Below, in pieces: positions 44,743-54,112 of a DNA stretch of 64,000 nt; the first letter of the stretch is position 1, and each line of letters opens with the position of its first letter. Under the pieces are notes generated by a model. The model did not search any database and had not been told where the DNA came from. It saw only the letters and a program-made list of their open reading frames with translations. The DNA is from an uncultured Verrucomicrobiota bacterium (GTDB lineage: Bacteria; Verrucomicrobiota; Kiritimatiellia; Kiritimatiellales; Tichowtungiaceae). The DNA lies in NCBI GenBank assembly GCA_964476065.1, contig CAYYYX010000003.1, positions 1,906-65,905 of the forward strand, read 5' to 3'. The position numbers and the translations under genes were made by a program.

Positions 44743-45645
44743 ATGAAAACGATTGAAGAACAAATTCAGGAGCTGAAAGTGAAGCGCGGGGCCGTGATTA
44801 TCGCGCACAACTATCAGATTGATGAGGTGCAGGCGATTGCGGACTTTACGGGCGATTCGTTGGAGCTGAGCCGCAAGGCCGCGCAACTCTCCGAAGAGGT
44901 GGTGGTGTTCTGCGGCGTCCATTTTATGGCGGAGACCGCCGCGATTCTTTCGCCGGAAAAAACCATTTTGATTCCCGACCCGGATGCGGGCTGCCCGATG
45001 GCCGACATGGTCAATGCGGAACAGCTTCGTGAATTGAAAGCAAAGCACCCGGGCGCAAAGGTGGTTTGCTATGTGAACAGTTCAGCCGATGTGAAGGCGG
45101 AGAGCGATATCTGCTGTACGTCATCGAATGCCGTCAAGGTGTGCGAGTCGCTCGGCGATGTAGAAATCATTTTTGTGCCGGACCGTAATCTCGGCGCGTT
45201 TGTAGCCAAAAAACTGGGGAAAGAATTCATTCTCTATAACGGCTTTTGCCCGACCCATGAGCGCATCCGCGATATGGATGTGATGGCGATGAAGGAGGCG
45301 CACCCTAATGCATTGGTGTTGGCGCATCCAGAATGTAATCAACCGGTGCGCGATCTGGCGGATGAACTGCTTTCGACTGGGCAGATGTGTCACTATGCGA
45401 CGGCCTCGGCGGCGAAGGAGTTTATTATCGCAACCGAGGTGGGGATTAATTACCGCTTGCGGACAGAGAACCCCGATAAACTATTCTATTCGGTTAGCGA
45501 AGATCGTGCGGTCTGTCCGAATATGAAGAAGATCACGATGGAGAAGATTCTCTGGTCGCTTCAGGATATGAAGGAGCGCGTAATCGTTCCGGCCGATGTC
45601 GCGGCCCGTGCCGTCGGTTGTATTGAGCGAATGCTTGAATTATAG
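44743..45645 (+). CDS. nadA: Quinolinate synthase
   Basis: 300 aa. ...IIAHNYQIDEVQAIADFTGDSLELSR...FCGVHFMAETA...CYVNSSADVKA.... Confidence 0.88.
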   Translation: MKTIEEQIQELKVKRGAVIIAHNYQIDEVQAIADFTGDSLELSRKAAQLSEEVVVFCGVHFMAETAAILSPEKTILIPDPDAGCPMADMVNAEQLRELKAKHPGAKVVCYVNSSADVKAESDICCTSSNAVKVCESLGDVEIIFVPDRNLGAFVAKKLGKEFILYNGFCPTHERIRDMDVMAMKEAHPNALVLAHPECNQPVRDLADELLSTGQMCHYATASAAKEFIIATEVGINYRLRTENPDKLFYSVSEDRAVCPNMKKITMEKILWSLQDMKERVIVPADVAARAVGCIERMLEL

Positions 45646-45780
45646 AAAATGGAATAATGGAATATCGGAGTGAGGGAGTATTGGAAAACAGAAAACATGA
45701 GTTATTGACTCGGCTATGTTAATTCTTCAGCATTCCCGTTTTCCAAAATTCCAGTATTCCATTTCTTCAGAGGAGTTTTT
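45646..45780 (+). repeat. GGAAT/ATTCC intercistronic inverted-repeat element, copy 4 (nadA|nifU)
   Basis: aaaatggaataatggaatatcggagtgagggagtattggaaaac ... cattcccgttttccaaaattccagtattccatttc, then AGAGGAG ribosome-binding site and ATG 45781. Confidence 0.75.
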
Positions 45781-46617
45781 ATGTGGGACTATACAGATAA
45801 GGTAAATGAACATTTTCGCAACCCGCACAATGTCGGGAAGGTTGAAGAACCCTCCGGCGTCGGAGAAGTCGGATCGCTGGCCTGTGGCGATGCGCTCAAA
45901 CTGACGTTTAAGCTTGATGACGAGGGGCGGATTTCCGAAGCCAAATTCCAGACGTTCGGCTGTGCCAGCGCCATTGCATCGTCCTCCGCGCTGACCGATA
46001 TGATTCTCGGGAAAACAATCGAAGAGGCCGAGAAGATCACCAATAAGGATATCGCGGACTATCTCGGCGGTCTTCCGAAGCAGAAGGTTCACTGTTCTGT
46101 CATGGGGCGTGAAGCCCTAGAAGCCGCGATCTACAACTACCGCACCGGTAAAAAGTGGGATAAGGAACTTGAGGGCGAAGTGATCTGTCACTGCTTCGGA
46201 GTGACCGACAAGGAAATTGAGCAGGTGGTCCGCGAACACGATGTGACCACGGTGGAAGAGCTGACCAATGCCTGTAAAGCGGGCGGCGGGTGCGGAAACT
46301 GTATTCCAGAGTTGGAGACGATGGTGGCCCGTTTGGTTGCGGAAAACGAATCCGGCGAAGAGCCCACGGATCGCCCGATGACCAATTTGCAGAAAATTCA
46401 TTTGATCGAAGATGTGATCGACCGCGAAATCCGCCCGGCTCTTCGTCAGGACGGCGGCGATCTGGAGCTGGTCGATGTCGACGGCGACACCGTGAAGGTT
46501 CGTTTTCGCGGTGCTTGTTCCGGTTGCGTGGTTTCGGCCATTACGCTGAAGGATGTCGTGGAAGCGCGCCTGAAGGACAATGTTTCTGAGCAGATCATCG
46601 TGGAAGAGGTTAAGTAA
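45781..46617 (+). CDS. nifU: NifU-type Fe-S cluster assembly scaffold (IscU-like, BFD-like [2Fe-2S] and NifU C-terminal domains)
   Basis: GSLACGDALKL...FQTFGCASAIASS...HCSVMG...CHCFGVT...CGNC...FRGACSGC. Confidence 0.88.
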   Translation: MWDYTDKVNEHFRNPHNVGKVEEPSGVGEVGSLACGDALKLTFKLDDEGRISEAKFQTFGCASAIASSSALTDMILGKTIEEAEKITNKDIADYLGGLPKQKVHCSVMGREALEAAIYNYRTGKKWDKELEGEVICHCFGVTDKEIEQVVREHDVTTVEELTNACKAGGGCGNCIPELETMVARLVAENESGEEPTDRPMTNLQKIHLIEDVIDREIRPALRQDGGDLELVDVDGDTVKVRFRGACSGCVVSAITLKDVVEARLKDNVSEQIIVEEVK

Positions 46618-47774
46618 TGAAAACCGTTTATCTTGATAACAACGCAACGACACAGATTGCCGAAGAAGTCCGCGAGGCGATGCTTCCGTTCCTGACGGAT
46701 CTATGGGGGAACCCATCGAGCATGCATACCTTTGGTGGACAAGTGAAAAAGCATGTTGAAACCGCTCGCGAACAGGTCGCTTCACTGATCGGCGCGGCCG
46801 ACCCGCAGGAGATCACCTTTACGAGCTGCGGCTCAGAGAGCAACAACCTTGCGATTCGCGGCGGAGCCGAAGCGATGGATAAGCCGCCGCATGTGGTGAC
46901 CTCGAAAGTCGAGCACGCCGCTATTTCCGGTCCGTGTCACTATTTGGAGGATCGCGGATTCCGACTGACCAAACTTGATGTGGACGAGAAGGGCCGCCTG
47001 GATATGGACACTCTTCAGCGCGAGGTGAAATCCGGCACGAGCCTGACCTCAATCATGTGGGCGAATAATGAAACGGGCGTGATCTTCCCGGTGGGGTTGA
47101 TCGGTGAAATGGTTCATGAGTTTGGCGGAATTTTTCATACGGATGGCGTGCAGGCCGTCGGCAAAATTCCGATGAAGATCAGTGAGCTGCCCATCGATAT
47201 GCTTTCACTTTCTGGACATAAGATCCACGCGCCCAAAGGCATTGGTGCATTGTACATTCGGCGCGGAACCAAGGTGAAACCCTTGGTGCTCGGGGGCCAT
47301 CAGGAGCGCGGCCGGCGTGCCGGAACCGAGAATGTTCCGTATATCGTGGGTCTGGGTATGGCCTGCGAACTGGCGGCCAAAAAGCTTGAAGAGGGAAACA
47401 CGCGGGTGAAAGCCATGCGGGATCGTCTGGAGGCCGGAATTTTGGCGACCTGTGCAGATTCCCGGATCAATGGCGACCCCGCGGCTCGCCTGTCGAATAC
47501 GACGAACATCAGTTTTGAATATATCGAGGGCGAAGCCATTTTGCTGATGCTCGACGATCGTGGAATCTGTGCCTCCACCGGCTCGGCCTGCGCCTCCGGC
47601 TCGCTCGAGCCTTCGCATGTGCTGCGTGCCATGAACGTGCCCGGAACCGCCGTGCATGGTTCGATTCGCTTTAGCTTGAGTACGTACAACACCGAAGAAG
47701 ATGTTGACGCGGTATTGACCGAGTTGCCAAAAATTGTGCAACGTCTACGCGAGCTTTCACCGTTTGTATCTTAA
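46617..47774 (+). CDS. nifS: Cysteine desulfurase NifS
   Basis: 385 aa. LDNNATT...SLSGHKIHAPKGIGALY...STGSACASG. Confidence 0.9.
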   Translation: MKTVYLDNNATTQIAEEVREAMLPFLTDLWGNPSSMHTFGGQVKKHVETAREQVASLIGAADPQEITFTSCGSESNNLAIRGGAEAMDKPPHVVTSKVEHAAISGPCHYLEDRGFRLTKLDVDEKGRLDMDTLQREVKSGTSLTSIMWANNETGVIFPVGLIGEMVHEFGGIFHTDGVQAVGKIPMKISELPIDMLSLSGHKIHAPKGIGALYIRRGTKVKPLVLGGHQERGRRAGTENVPYIVGLGMACELAAKKLEEGNTRVKAMRDRLEAGILATCADSRINGDPAARLSNTTNISFEYIEGEAILLMLDDRGICASTGSACASGSLEPSHVLRAMNVPGTAVHGSIRFSLSTYNTEEDVDAVLTELPKIVQRLRELSPFVS

Positions 47775-47792
47775 CCCTATAGAGGAGTGATT

Positions 47793-48680
47793 ATGAGTCA
47801 GGCTTTAACGAAAATTGAAATCCCCGGCGTCTCTTCGCGCAGCGGAAAAGTGCGTGAAATTTTTGATGCAGGGGACAAGCTGTTGTTTGTAGCCAGCGAC
47901 CGAATCTCCGCCTTCGACTGTGTGATGCCCAACGGAATTCCTCAGAAGGGTGAAGTGCTTACGCAGATTTCTAAATTCTGGTTTGAGCGCACGGGTGACA
48001 TTGTGAAAAACCACATGCTCTCTGTGGATGTTGCCGATTTCCCAGCACCGTTTAACCAATATGCCGACCAGCTCGAAGGTCGCTCCATGCTCGTAACAAA
48101 AACCGAGGTCGTCATGGTCGAGTGCATTGTGCGCGGCTATCTGATTGGCTCTGGCTGGAAAGAATATCAGAAGAGCGGAACCATCGGCGGCATGCCGCTT
48201 CGCCCCGGCTATCAGCAGGCTGACAAACTCGATGAGCCGATTTTCACACCGTCCACCAAGGCGGAGCAGGGCTTGCACGACGAAAACATCTCCTTCGATC
48301 AAATGAAGGAAATCATCGGCGAAGAGAAATCGGAGAAGCTCAAAGCCATTAGCCTCGCGCTCTATAAGCAGGCCGCGGAATATGCGTTGACCAAAGGCAT
48401 CATCATCGCGGACACCAAATTTGAGTTCGGCGAACTCAATGGCGAAATTATTTTGATCGACGAGGCGCTCACACCGGACAGCTCCCGCTTCTGGCCCGCC
48501 GACACCTATAAAGTCGGCTGTTCCCCGATGTCCTACGACAAACAGTTCGTGCGCGACTATCTCGAAACGCTCGACTGGGACAAAACTCCGCCCGCGCCCG
48601 TGCTGCCGGATGAAATTCTCGAAAAGTCGCAGGCCAAATACCTGGAAGCCTATGAACTGCTGACTGGCGCTACGCTTTAA
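47793..48680 (+). CDS. purC: SAICAR synthetase
   Basis: SGKVREIF...LLFVASDRISAFD...IIADTKFEFG...LIDEALTPDSSRFW. AGAGGAG ribosome-binding site. Confidence 0.9.
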   Translation: MSQALTKIEIPGVSSRSGKVREIFDAGDKLLFVASDRISAFDCVMPNGIPQKGEVLTQISKFWFERTGDIVKNHMLSVDVADFPAPFNQYADQLEGRSMLVTKTEVVMVECIVRGYLIGSGWKEYQKSGTIGGMPLRPGYQQADKLDEPIFTPSTKAEQGLHDENISFDQMKEIIGEEKSEKLKAISLALYKQAAEYALTKGIIIADTKFEFGELNGEIILIDEALTPDSSRFWPADTYKVGCSPMSYDKQFVRDYLETLDWDKTPPAPVLPDEILEKSQAKYLEAYELLTGATL

Positions 48681-48689
48681 TTCGATAAT

Positions 48690-48766
48690 TGTAGGACACG
48701 CTTCCCTGTATTCAGGGAGCGTGTGGAGCACACAGGCTCTTTGAGTACAAAGAAGCCTGTCCTACA
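48690..48766. repeat. REP/REPIN-like inverted doublet (TGTAGGACA...hairpin / hairpin...TGTCCTACA)
   Basis: tgtaggacacgcttccctgtattcagggagcgtgt ... cacaggctctttgagtacaaagaagcctgtcctaca. Confidence 0.65.
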
Positions 48767-48845
48767 AAAATAGGTTCGAAAAATTTAAACGTCCAAGTTC
48801 GGATTTGTTTCGTGCTTCGTGCTTAGGATTTCGTATTTTTCTTCT

Positions 48846-49733
48846 ATGCGCGCATTATTGGAACAGTTCCTCGATTACGTCAGTCTCGAAAGGGGTCTGA
48901 GTAAAAACACGCGCGCGGCCTACGCCGATGACGTGGGGCGTTTCCTCGATGATCTGGCGAAAAAGGGAGTGACATCGCTCAACGATGTCACCCGCAAACA
49001 GATCCTCGACCATTTGCTTTCTGAAAAGGCGAGGGGGCTGGCCGCCAACTCTCTTTCGCGTCACCTCGTTTCATTGAAGGTGTTCTTCCGCTACCTCACA
49101 CAAGAGGGGTTGCTTGCGGTCAACGTGGCCGAGACGATGGAGTCGCCCCGAGTCTGGAAAATGCTTCCGAGCGTTTTGACACCCAAGGAAATTGACCGAC
49201 TCTTTTCCGTGCCTGATATCGAGAAACCCCTCGGCCTCCGCAACCGCGCTATCCTAGAGCTTTTCTATGCGACCGGCCTGCGGGTATCCGAAATGACGGG
49301 CCTGCAACTGACCGATCTTCACTTTGACGAAAAATTTCTTCGCTGTATCGGAAAGGGGCGTAAGGAGCGCGTGGTTCCGGTTGCCGGAGCGGCCATCAAA
49401 TGGGTGGAGAACTATCTCAAAGAAGTTCGCCCGCAGCTCACACCCGGGGATTATGAGCAGACTGTTTTTCTGAGCAATCGGCATCAACCGATGTCGCGCA
49501 AAACCATTTGGGTTTTTATCAAAAAATATGCGACCGATGCCGGAATCAGCAAGACCATCTACCCGCACTCATTGCGACACTCCTTTGCCAGCCACCTGCT
49601 GGCCAACGGCGCGCCGTTGCGAATCATTCAGGAAATGCTCGGTCATGCCGATATCGCCACCACCCAGATTTACACCCATGTCGATCCCGACCGCCTCAAA
49701 GGCGTTCATCGGCAGTTTCATCCAAGGGCATAG
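48846..49733 (+). CDS. xerD: XerC/XerD-family tyrosine recombinase
   Basis: LLEQFLDYVSLERGLSKNTRAAYADDV...ELFYATGLRVSE...HSLRHSFASHLL...LGHADIATTQIYTHV. Confidence 0.8.
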   Translation: MRALLEQFLDYVSLERGLSKNTRAAYADDVGRFLDDLAKKGVTSLNDVTRKQILDHLLSEKARGLAANSLSRHLVSLKVFFRYLTQEGLLAVNVAETMESPRVWKMLPSVLTPKEIDRLFSVPDIEKPLGLRNRAILELFYATGLRVSEMTGLQLTDLHFDEKFLRCIGKGRKERVVPVAGAAIKWVENYLKEVRPQLTPGDYEQTVFLSNRHQPMSRKTIWVFIKKYATDAGISKTIYPHSLRHSFASHLLANGAPLRIIQEMLGHADIATTQIYTHVDPDRLKGVHRQFHPRA

Positions 49734-50057
49734 AGTTTGACGGAGCCTCGTGAAGCGTGCTTCATCTGGGCGATGGGCGTCATTACGTAGGCTCACTTGA
49801 CTGGGATTGTCCCATGACAATAGGTATGCGCGAACTGCTATGCCGGAAAGATCACCTAACTCAGGTGAGTTCGCCATGCGGGCTGTCCACACAGAAAATA
49901 CTTCAGCTATCTCTGACTCTGTGGCGACTTTTTTATCTGACCCCAACGTTTAATGAGTGGCGCGCCACAATAGCACGCATAACAGGTGCAGAGTAATCTC
50001 TGTAAATTTGTGCACCAATCATAAATTCTTGGTAATTCTGCGTCGCAGGGTTGGTTT

Positions 50058-50112
50058 TGTAGGGCGGGCTCCTTGATCCCGCCTCCGCCCCGAAGGTTCG
50101 GGGCGGCTACAG
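50058..50112 (+). repeat. REPIN-like element: GTAG + two GC hairpins + CTAC
   Basis: tgtagggcgggctccttgatcccgcctccgccccgaaggttcggggcggctacag. A near-identical inverted copy lies at 55061-55116. Confidence 0.8.
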
Positions 50113-50113
50113 T

Positions 50114-50319
50114 TTCCAAACCTCGGAAACCATACCTTGCAAGGTATGGTTTATATCGACTTCAATTTCCAAGGGTTGGAAAAAAATCGCAAGCTGCAAC
50201 GCAGTTGCTTCCAAACATCGGAAAAATTTGGTTCTATTCTTCCAATGTTTGGAAAAAGTCAGCACGCCGCAACGCAGTTCAAAGACCCCGAGCCTTCGGG
50301 GTGCTTCCAATGATTGGAA
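50114..50319. repeat. Array of five TTCCAA-N3-TTGGAA motif copies (50114, 50167, 50209, 50240, 50305) interleaved with GCAACGCAGTT(GC) units, upstream of rnc
   Basis: Read directly. Copies at 50167, 50240 and 50305 are perfect; those at 50114 and 50209 have tCggaa. Confidence 0.85.
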
Positions 50320-50320
50320 A

Positions 50321-51025
50321 ATGGATATGAAAAAGTTCCCCTTCGATAAAACTCAGGGCAGGCGAACCTTGGAAAAACAGATTGGCTACCGCTTCAAAAA
50401 GAAAGCGTTGCTGGAGGCTGCATTGACCCATCCGTCGTATCGCTACGAAAACTCGGCGGAGAGTGGGGATAATCAGCGGCTCGAGTTTCTGGGCGACTCG
50501 GTATTGGGTCTATTGGCGGCAGATCGTTTGACAGCAAAATATGCCGAGGCCGATGAGGGCGAGTTGACGCAGCGGAAAAGTTCGATTGCATCGGGCCGGG
50601 CGCTGGCGACGGCGGCCCGCGGGCTGGGGTTGGGCGAGCATCTGCTTTTGGGACGCGGCGAGGCGGCCAATGGCGGAGCCGATCGTGAATCGAATTTGGA
50701 AGATCTTCTCGAAGCCTTGCTCGGAGCCATTTGGTTGGATGGAGGGTTGAAGGCCGCCCGCCGCTTTTTTGAAACACATATTTTCCAACCCTTGGAAACC
50801 GGGGAGACTGCATCGCTCAATCCCAAAGGAACGCTTCAGGAATTTGCCCAGAAAAACGGGTTTCCTATTCCAGAGTATCAGGTGGTCGAGGAGAGCGGTC
50901 CGAATCATGCGCGTCAGTTCACTGTGGAGGTGACGGTGAATCACTTCGCCTATCGCGGGGAGGGCACTGGCCGTCGGATCGCCGAAAAAAATGCCGCCGC
51001 AAAGGCGCTGCGGAGTCTGCTCTAA
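50321..51025 (+). CDS. rnc: Ribonuclease III
   Basis: LEKQIGYRFKKKALLEAALTHPSY...NQRLEFLGDSVL... plus a C-terminal dsRBD (PKGTLQEFAQKNG...AEKNAAAKAL). Start at 50321 or 50327. Confidence 0.9.
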   Translation: MDMKKFPFDKTQGRRTLEKQIGYRFKKKALLEAALTHPSYRYENSAESGDNQRLEFLGDSVLGLLAADRLTAKYAEADEGELTQRKSSIASGRALATAARGLGLGEHLLLGRGEAANGGADRESNLEDLLEALLGAIWLDGGLKAARRFFETHIFQPLETGETASLNPKGTLQEFAQKNGFPIPEYQVVEESGPNHARQFTVEVTVNHFAYRGEGTGRRIAEKNAAAKALRSLL

Positions 51026-51049
51026 AACATATCAAGGTTAAAAACTTAA

Positions 51050-51130
51050 CCCACCCCGGCCTGTGGCCACCCCTCCAGAGGAGGGGAATTCTCTAAATCC
51101 CCTCCTGCCGGAACGGCGGGGCGGGTTTCC
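51050..51130. repeat. CCCCTCC-N3-GGAGGGG hairpin repeat family, inverted pair
   Basis: cccaccccggcctgtggccacccctccagaggagggg ... atcccctcctgccggaacggcggggcgggtttcc. Compare 5387-5423. Confidence 0.6.
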
Positions 51131-51200
51131 GTATCGCCGCTTTGTGTTTTCAAGAAAAGCGGTGATACGCCCAATGGCTTTATCACCGCATTCCAAAGGG

Positions 51201-51965
51201 TTATTTCCCCCCAGCTTGTTTCAGCAGGGCGCGCTCAATGCGGGTGAGGCTGTGCAGCCCATCGGCATTTGCCTTGTCGAGAATCCGGTTGATTTCATTT
51301 TGATCCACGGGCTGTTTTTCTTTCGATTTAAACTTTTGGCGGAGTTGACGCATGAGATCTGGACGACCGATGGTGAGGGCGTAGAAGTAGCCGGCAATGC
51401 CGCCGCCTAAATGCGCGGAGTTGGCCACGGCGCCACCGGGGCCACCGAGCGTATGCAACAGTTCATACGCACCTAAAATCAGCACGAAAACCCATGCCTT
51501 GATCGGCATGAAGGGGAAGAAGATGAGAATGAGTTCGCGTTTGGGGTAGAGCGCCGCGTACGCGCCGAGAATACCGAAAACAGCACCGGAGGCTCCGACG
51601 CAGGTGTGATAGCCGGGGGAAAGAATCGACCAGCCGAGCCCGCCGAGGACGCCGCTGAACAGGTAGAGTTTTAAAAAGCGGTTGGTGCCGAGTGCGCGTT
51701 CCGTTTCCGGGCCGAGGAAGAAAAGGCCTAGCATGTTGGAGAATAGGTGCCCCATGCCTTGGTGGACGAACTGATAGGTGATGAGCTCCCAAAACGCGCC
51801 GTGGCTCAGCCAGTCTGCGCGCAGGGCGCAGAAGCCGCTCAGGCGGATGCCGAGCAAATATTCCAGAACAAAGGCACCGATGTTGAGGATGAGCAACAAT
51901 TGCACCCCGAAGGTCATTCCGGTCGGGTTTCCATATAAATTTTGGGTTCGCATGCGGGGGATCAT
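51201..51965 (-). CDS. Rhomboid-family intramembrane serine protease
   Basis: FVHQGMGHLFSNM, GASGAVFGILGAY, AHLGG motifs. Alternative start at 51953. Confidence 0.85.
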   Translation of the reverse strand: MIPRMRTQNLYGNPTGMTFGVQLLLILNIGAFVLEYLLGIRLSGFCALRADWLSHGAFWELITYQFVHQGMGHLFSNMLGLFFLGPETERALGTNRFLKLYLFSGVLGGLGWSILSPGYHTCVGASGAVFGILGAYAALYPKRELILIFFPFMPIKAWVFVLILGAYELLHTLGGPGGAVANSAHLGGGIAGYFYALTIGRPDLMRQLRQKFKSKEKQPVDQNEINRILDKANADGLHSLTRIERALLKQAGGK

Positions 51966-52045
51966 AGCCCATTTTTAATGGATTGCAAAAGGCTGGGCTT
52001 TCGATTACTTTTCCTCCTTTAAACCAAACGTTTTAGGAACCAAAA

Positions 52046-52987
52046 ATGTCAGATATTTATGTAAGGCCATATGATAGCGGGACGAAGACGCCAGGGAAGG
52101 GCGTTTTGCCGACTATTTTGATTTTGGCGGTTCTGGGTGGAATCGGTTGGTGGATGAGCCATCGTTCGGAAAAGAAGACGGATGAGCCCGTTGTTGCAAC
52201 CGTTGCGCAATCGGTCGAGGCTCTCTCTGCTACTCCTCAATCGTCCGTCGTTGCGAAGCCCTCTGCTTCGGCTGAAAAACTTTTCACCCGCGCCCGGTCA
52301 CTCATGAGTTCCGGTAAACAGAGCGAAGCCAGTCAGTTGTTAGGTGAAGTGATTGCGACGACGACGGATGCGAGTTTGAAAAACAATGCGCTCCGCATGC
52401 AGGGTCGGGTGAATGTGGAACTCTTTCTTTCGGAGGTTCCGACTGCCGATAAAAAAACCTATATCATTCAGCCCGGTGACTCGTTGGATCGCATCGCCCG
52501 AAACAACAACACGACCGTGGATCTTCTTCGCCGGATAAACGGCATTGAGGGCAATTTGATCTTTCCCGGTGCACGCTTGCTGGTTCCGGCCGCGCCTTTT
52601 GTGCTCGAAGTGGATAAGTCGGACCGAACGATGACCGTAGTGATCGATGGCAACCGTCTCAAACGCTATAGCGTCGGACTGGGCCGCTACGGAAAAACAC
52701 CGCTCGGCACGTTCAAAACGGTTGTGCATCAGACCAATCCGGACTGGAGCCCGCCGAGCGGAGGCATTGTCGCCTTTGGCGACCCGCTCAACGTTCTGGG
52801 GACACGCTGGATTTCGATTGTAGACGAAAGCCGCCCCGAACTTAAAGGCTTTGGAATTCACGGAACCACAGACCGCGAAAGTATCGGCGGCGAAACGAGT
52901 AATGGTTGCATTCGCATGCTCAACGAAGATGTGGAAGAGGTATTCCTTTTGATTCCGCGCGGAACCCACGTTGTTATTTCTGAATAG
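52046..52987 (+). CDS. LysM-domain L,D-transpeptidase (YkuD family)
   Basis: LysM YIIQPGDSLDRIARNNNTTVDLLRRINGI. Catalytic GIHGT...SNGCIRM. Confidence 0.85.
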   Translation: MSDIYVRPYDSGTKTPGKGVLPTILILAVLGGIGWWMSHRSEKKTDEPVVATVAQSVEALSATPQSSVVAKPSASAEKLFTRARSLMSSGKQSEASQLLGEVIATTTDASLKNNALRMQGRVNVELFLSEVPTADKKTYIIQPGDSLDRIARNNNTTVDLLRRINGIEGNLIFPGARLLVPAAPFVLEVDKSDRTMTVVIDGNRLKRYSVGLGRYGKTPLGTFKTVVHQTNPDWSPPSGGIVAFGDPLNVLGTRWISIVDESRPELKGFGIHGTTDRESIGGETSNGCIRMLNEDVEEVFLLIPRGTHVVISE

Positions 52988-53155
52988 AAGAAGCCATCCT
53001 GCCGGATGGCGGAAGGTTGGAATCAAGGAATTCTGGAATTATGGTTGTTGTTAAAAAAGTAAGAAAACCGAGACAGTCTGAGGGGATCAAGTTATTTTCT
53101 TTTTCACTGCTCAATATTCCAATGTTCCACTAATCCATTAATCCAAGGAATTATT
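52988..53155 (+). repeat. GGAAT/ATTCC intercistronic inverted-repeat element, copy 5 (ldt|accA)
   Basis: aaggttggaatcaaggaattctggaattatgg ... tcaatattccaatgttccactaatccattaatcc, then AAGGA ribosome-binding site and ATG 53156. Confidence 0.7.
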
Positions 53156-54112
53156 ATGCCCTCTTTTACACTCCCTTTTGAAAAACCGGTTCAGGATCTG
53201 GAAACTAAACTGCACGAGCTGGAAGCGTTCAGTAAAGATCAAGATATCGATGTGGCGCACGAAATTGAGCGCATGAAAGAAAAGATCGCCGCCACCCGCG
53301 CACAGATCTACGAGAACCTGACATCTTGGCAGAAAGTTCAGGTTGCTCGCCATCCTGAACGTCCGTACACCATGGACTACATCAACAACATGACCACCGA
53401 CTTTGTCGAACTTCATGGCGACCGCATCCATAAAGATGACCGCGCGTTGATCGGCGGCTTTGCCAAGATCGATGGACAGAAAGTCATGATCATCGGTTCG
53501 CAAAAGGGCCGCGACACCAAAAGCAACCTCGAGTGCAACTTCGGCTGTGCCTATCCCGAGGGCTATCGCAAAGCGCTGCGCCTCATGAAAATGGCCGACA
53601 AATTTAATGTGCCGATCGTGACACTCATCGACACCCCCGGCGCCTATCCTGGTCTCGAGTCCGAAGAACGACACATCGCAGAAGCCATCGCGGTCAATTT
53701 GCGTGAAATGTTCAACCTCAAGGTTCCAATCGTCGTGGCCATCATTGGTGAGGGTGGATCTGGCGGTGCGCTCGGTATTGGCATTGGCGATCGAATCCTC
53801 ATTTTGCAACATTCCTACTATTCCGTGATTTCCCCCGAAGGGTGTGCCGCGATTCTGTTTAAAGATCGTGCCTATGCCGACAAATCAGCCGATGCACTCA
53901 AAATTACGGCGCAGCATTTGATTGAAAACAAACTGGCCGATGAGATTGTTCCCGAGCCTGAAGGCGGGGCACATACCGATCATGATGCGATGGCCACAGC
54001 ACTCAAAGAAGCCTTGCTCCGCAATCTGGCAGAACTCAAAAAGTTGCCGGCCGAAGAGCTCGTGAACGGGCGCTACGACAAATTCCGCGCCATGGGTGTC
54101 TTCGAAGAATAA
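53156..54112 (+). CDS. accA: Acetyl-CoA carboxylase carboxyltransferase alpha subunit
   Basis: 318 aa. ...ARHPERPYT...FIDTPGAYPG-type block LIDTPGAYPGLESEERHIAEAIA...IGEGGSGGALG. Confidence 0.92.
   Translation: MPSFTLPFEKPVQDLETKLHELEAFSKDQDIDVAHEIERMKEKIAATRAQIYENLTSWQKVQVARHPERPYTMDYINNMTTDFVELHGDRIHKDDRALIGGFAKIDGQKVMIIGSQKGRDTKSNLECNFGCAYPEGYRKALRLMKMADKFNVPIVTLIDTPGAYPGLESEERHIAEAIAVNLREMFNLKVPIVVAIIGEGGSGGALGIGIGDRILILQHSYYSVISPEGCAAILFKDRAYADKSADALKITAQHLIENKLADEIVPEPEGGAHTDHDAMATALKEALLRNLAELKKLPAEELVNGRYDKFRAMGVFEE

Noticed and set aside
44743-47774. nadA-nifU-nifS as an unusual system.
   Set aside because: It is a sensible and previously seen association: NadA is a [4Fe-4S] enzyme and NifS/NifU supply clusters. 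All three look canonical.
48846-49733. Tyrosine recombinase as the integrase of a genomic island.
   Set aside because: The sequence has the housekeeping XerD look (FLDYVSLERGLSKNT..., full RHRY-type C-terminus). Flanking genes are core (purC, rnc), with no att-like direct repeats.
49569-49946. 125-aa minus-strand ORF and other small ORFs in the 590-bp xerD-rnc gap; a possible degraded mobile element next to xerD.
   Set aside because: The ORF overlaps the xerD 3' end and has no ribosome-binding site or recognisable domain. I could not identify any integrase or phage remnant or a tRNA. The gap is better described by the REPIN and the motif array.
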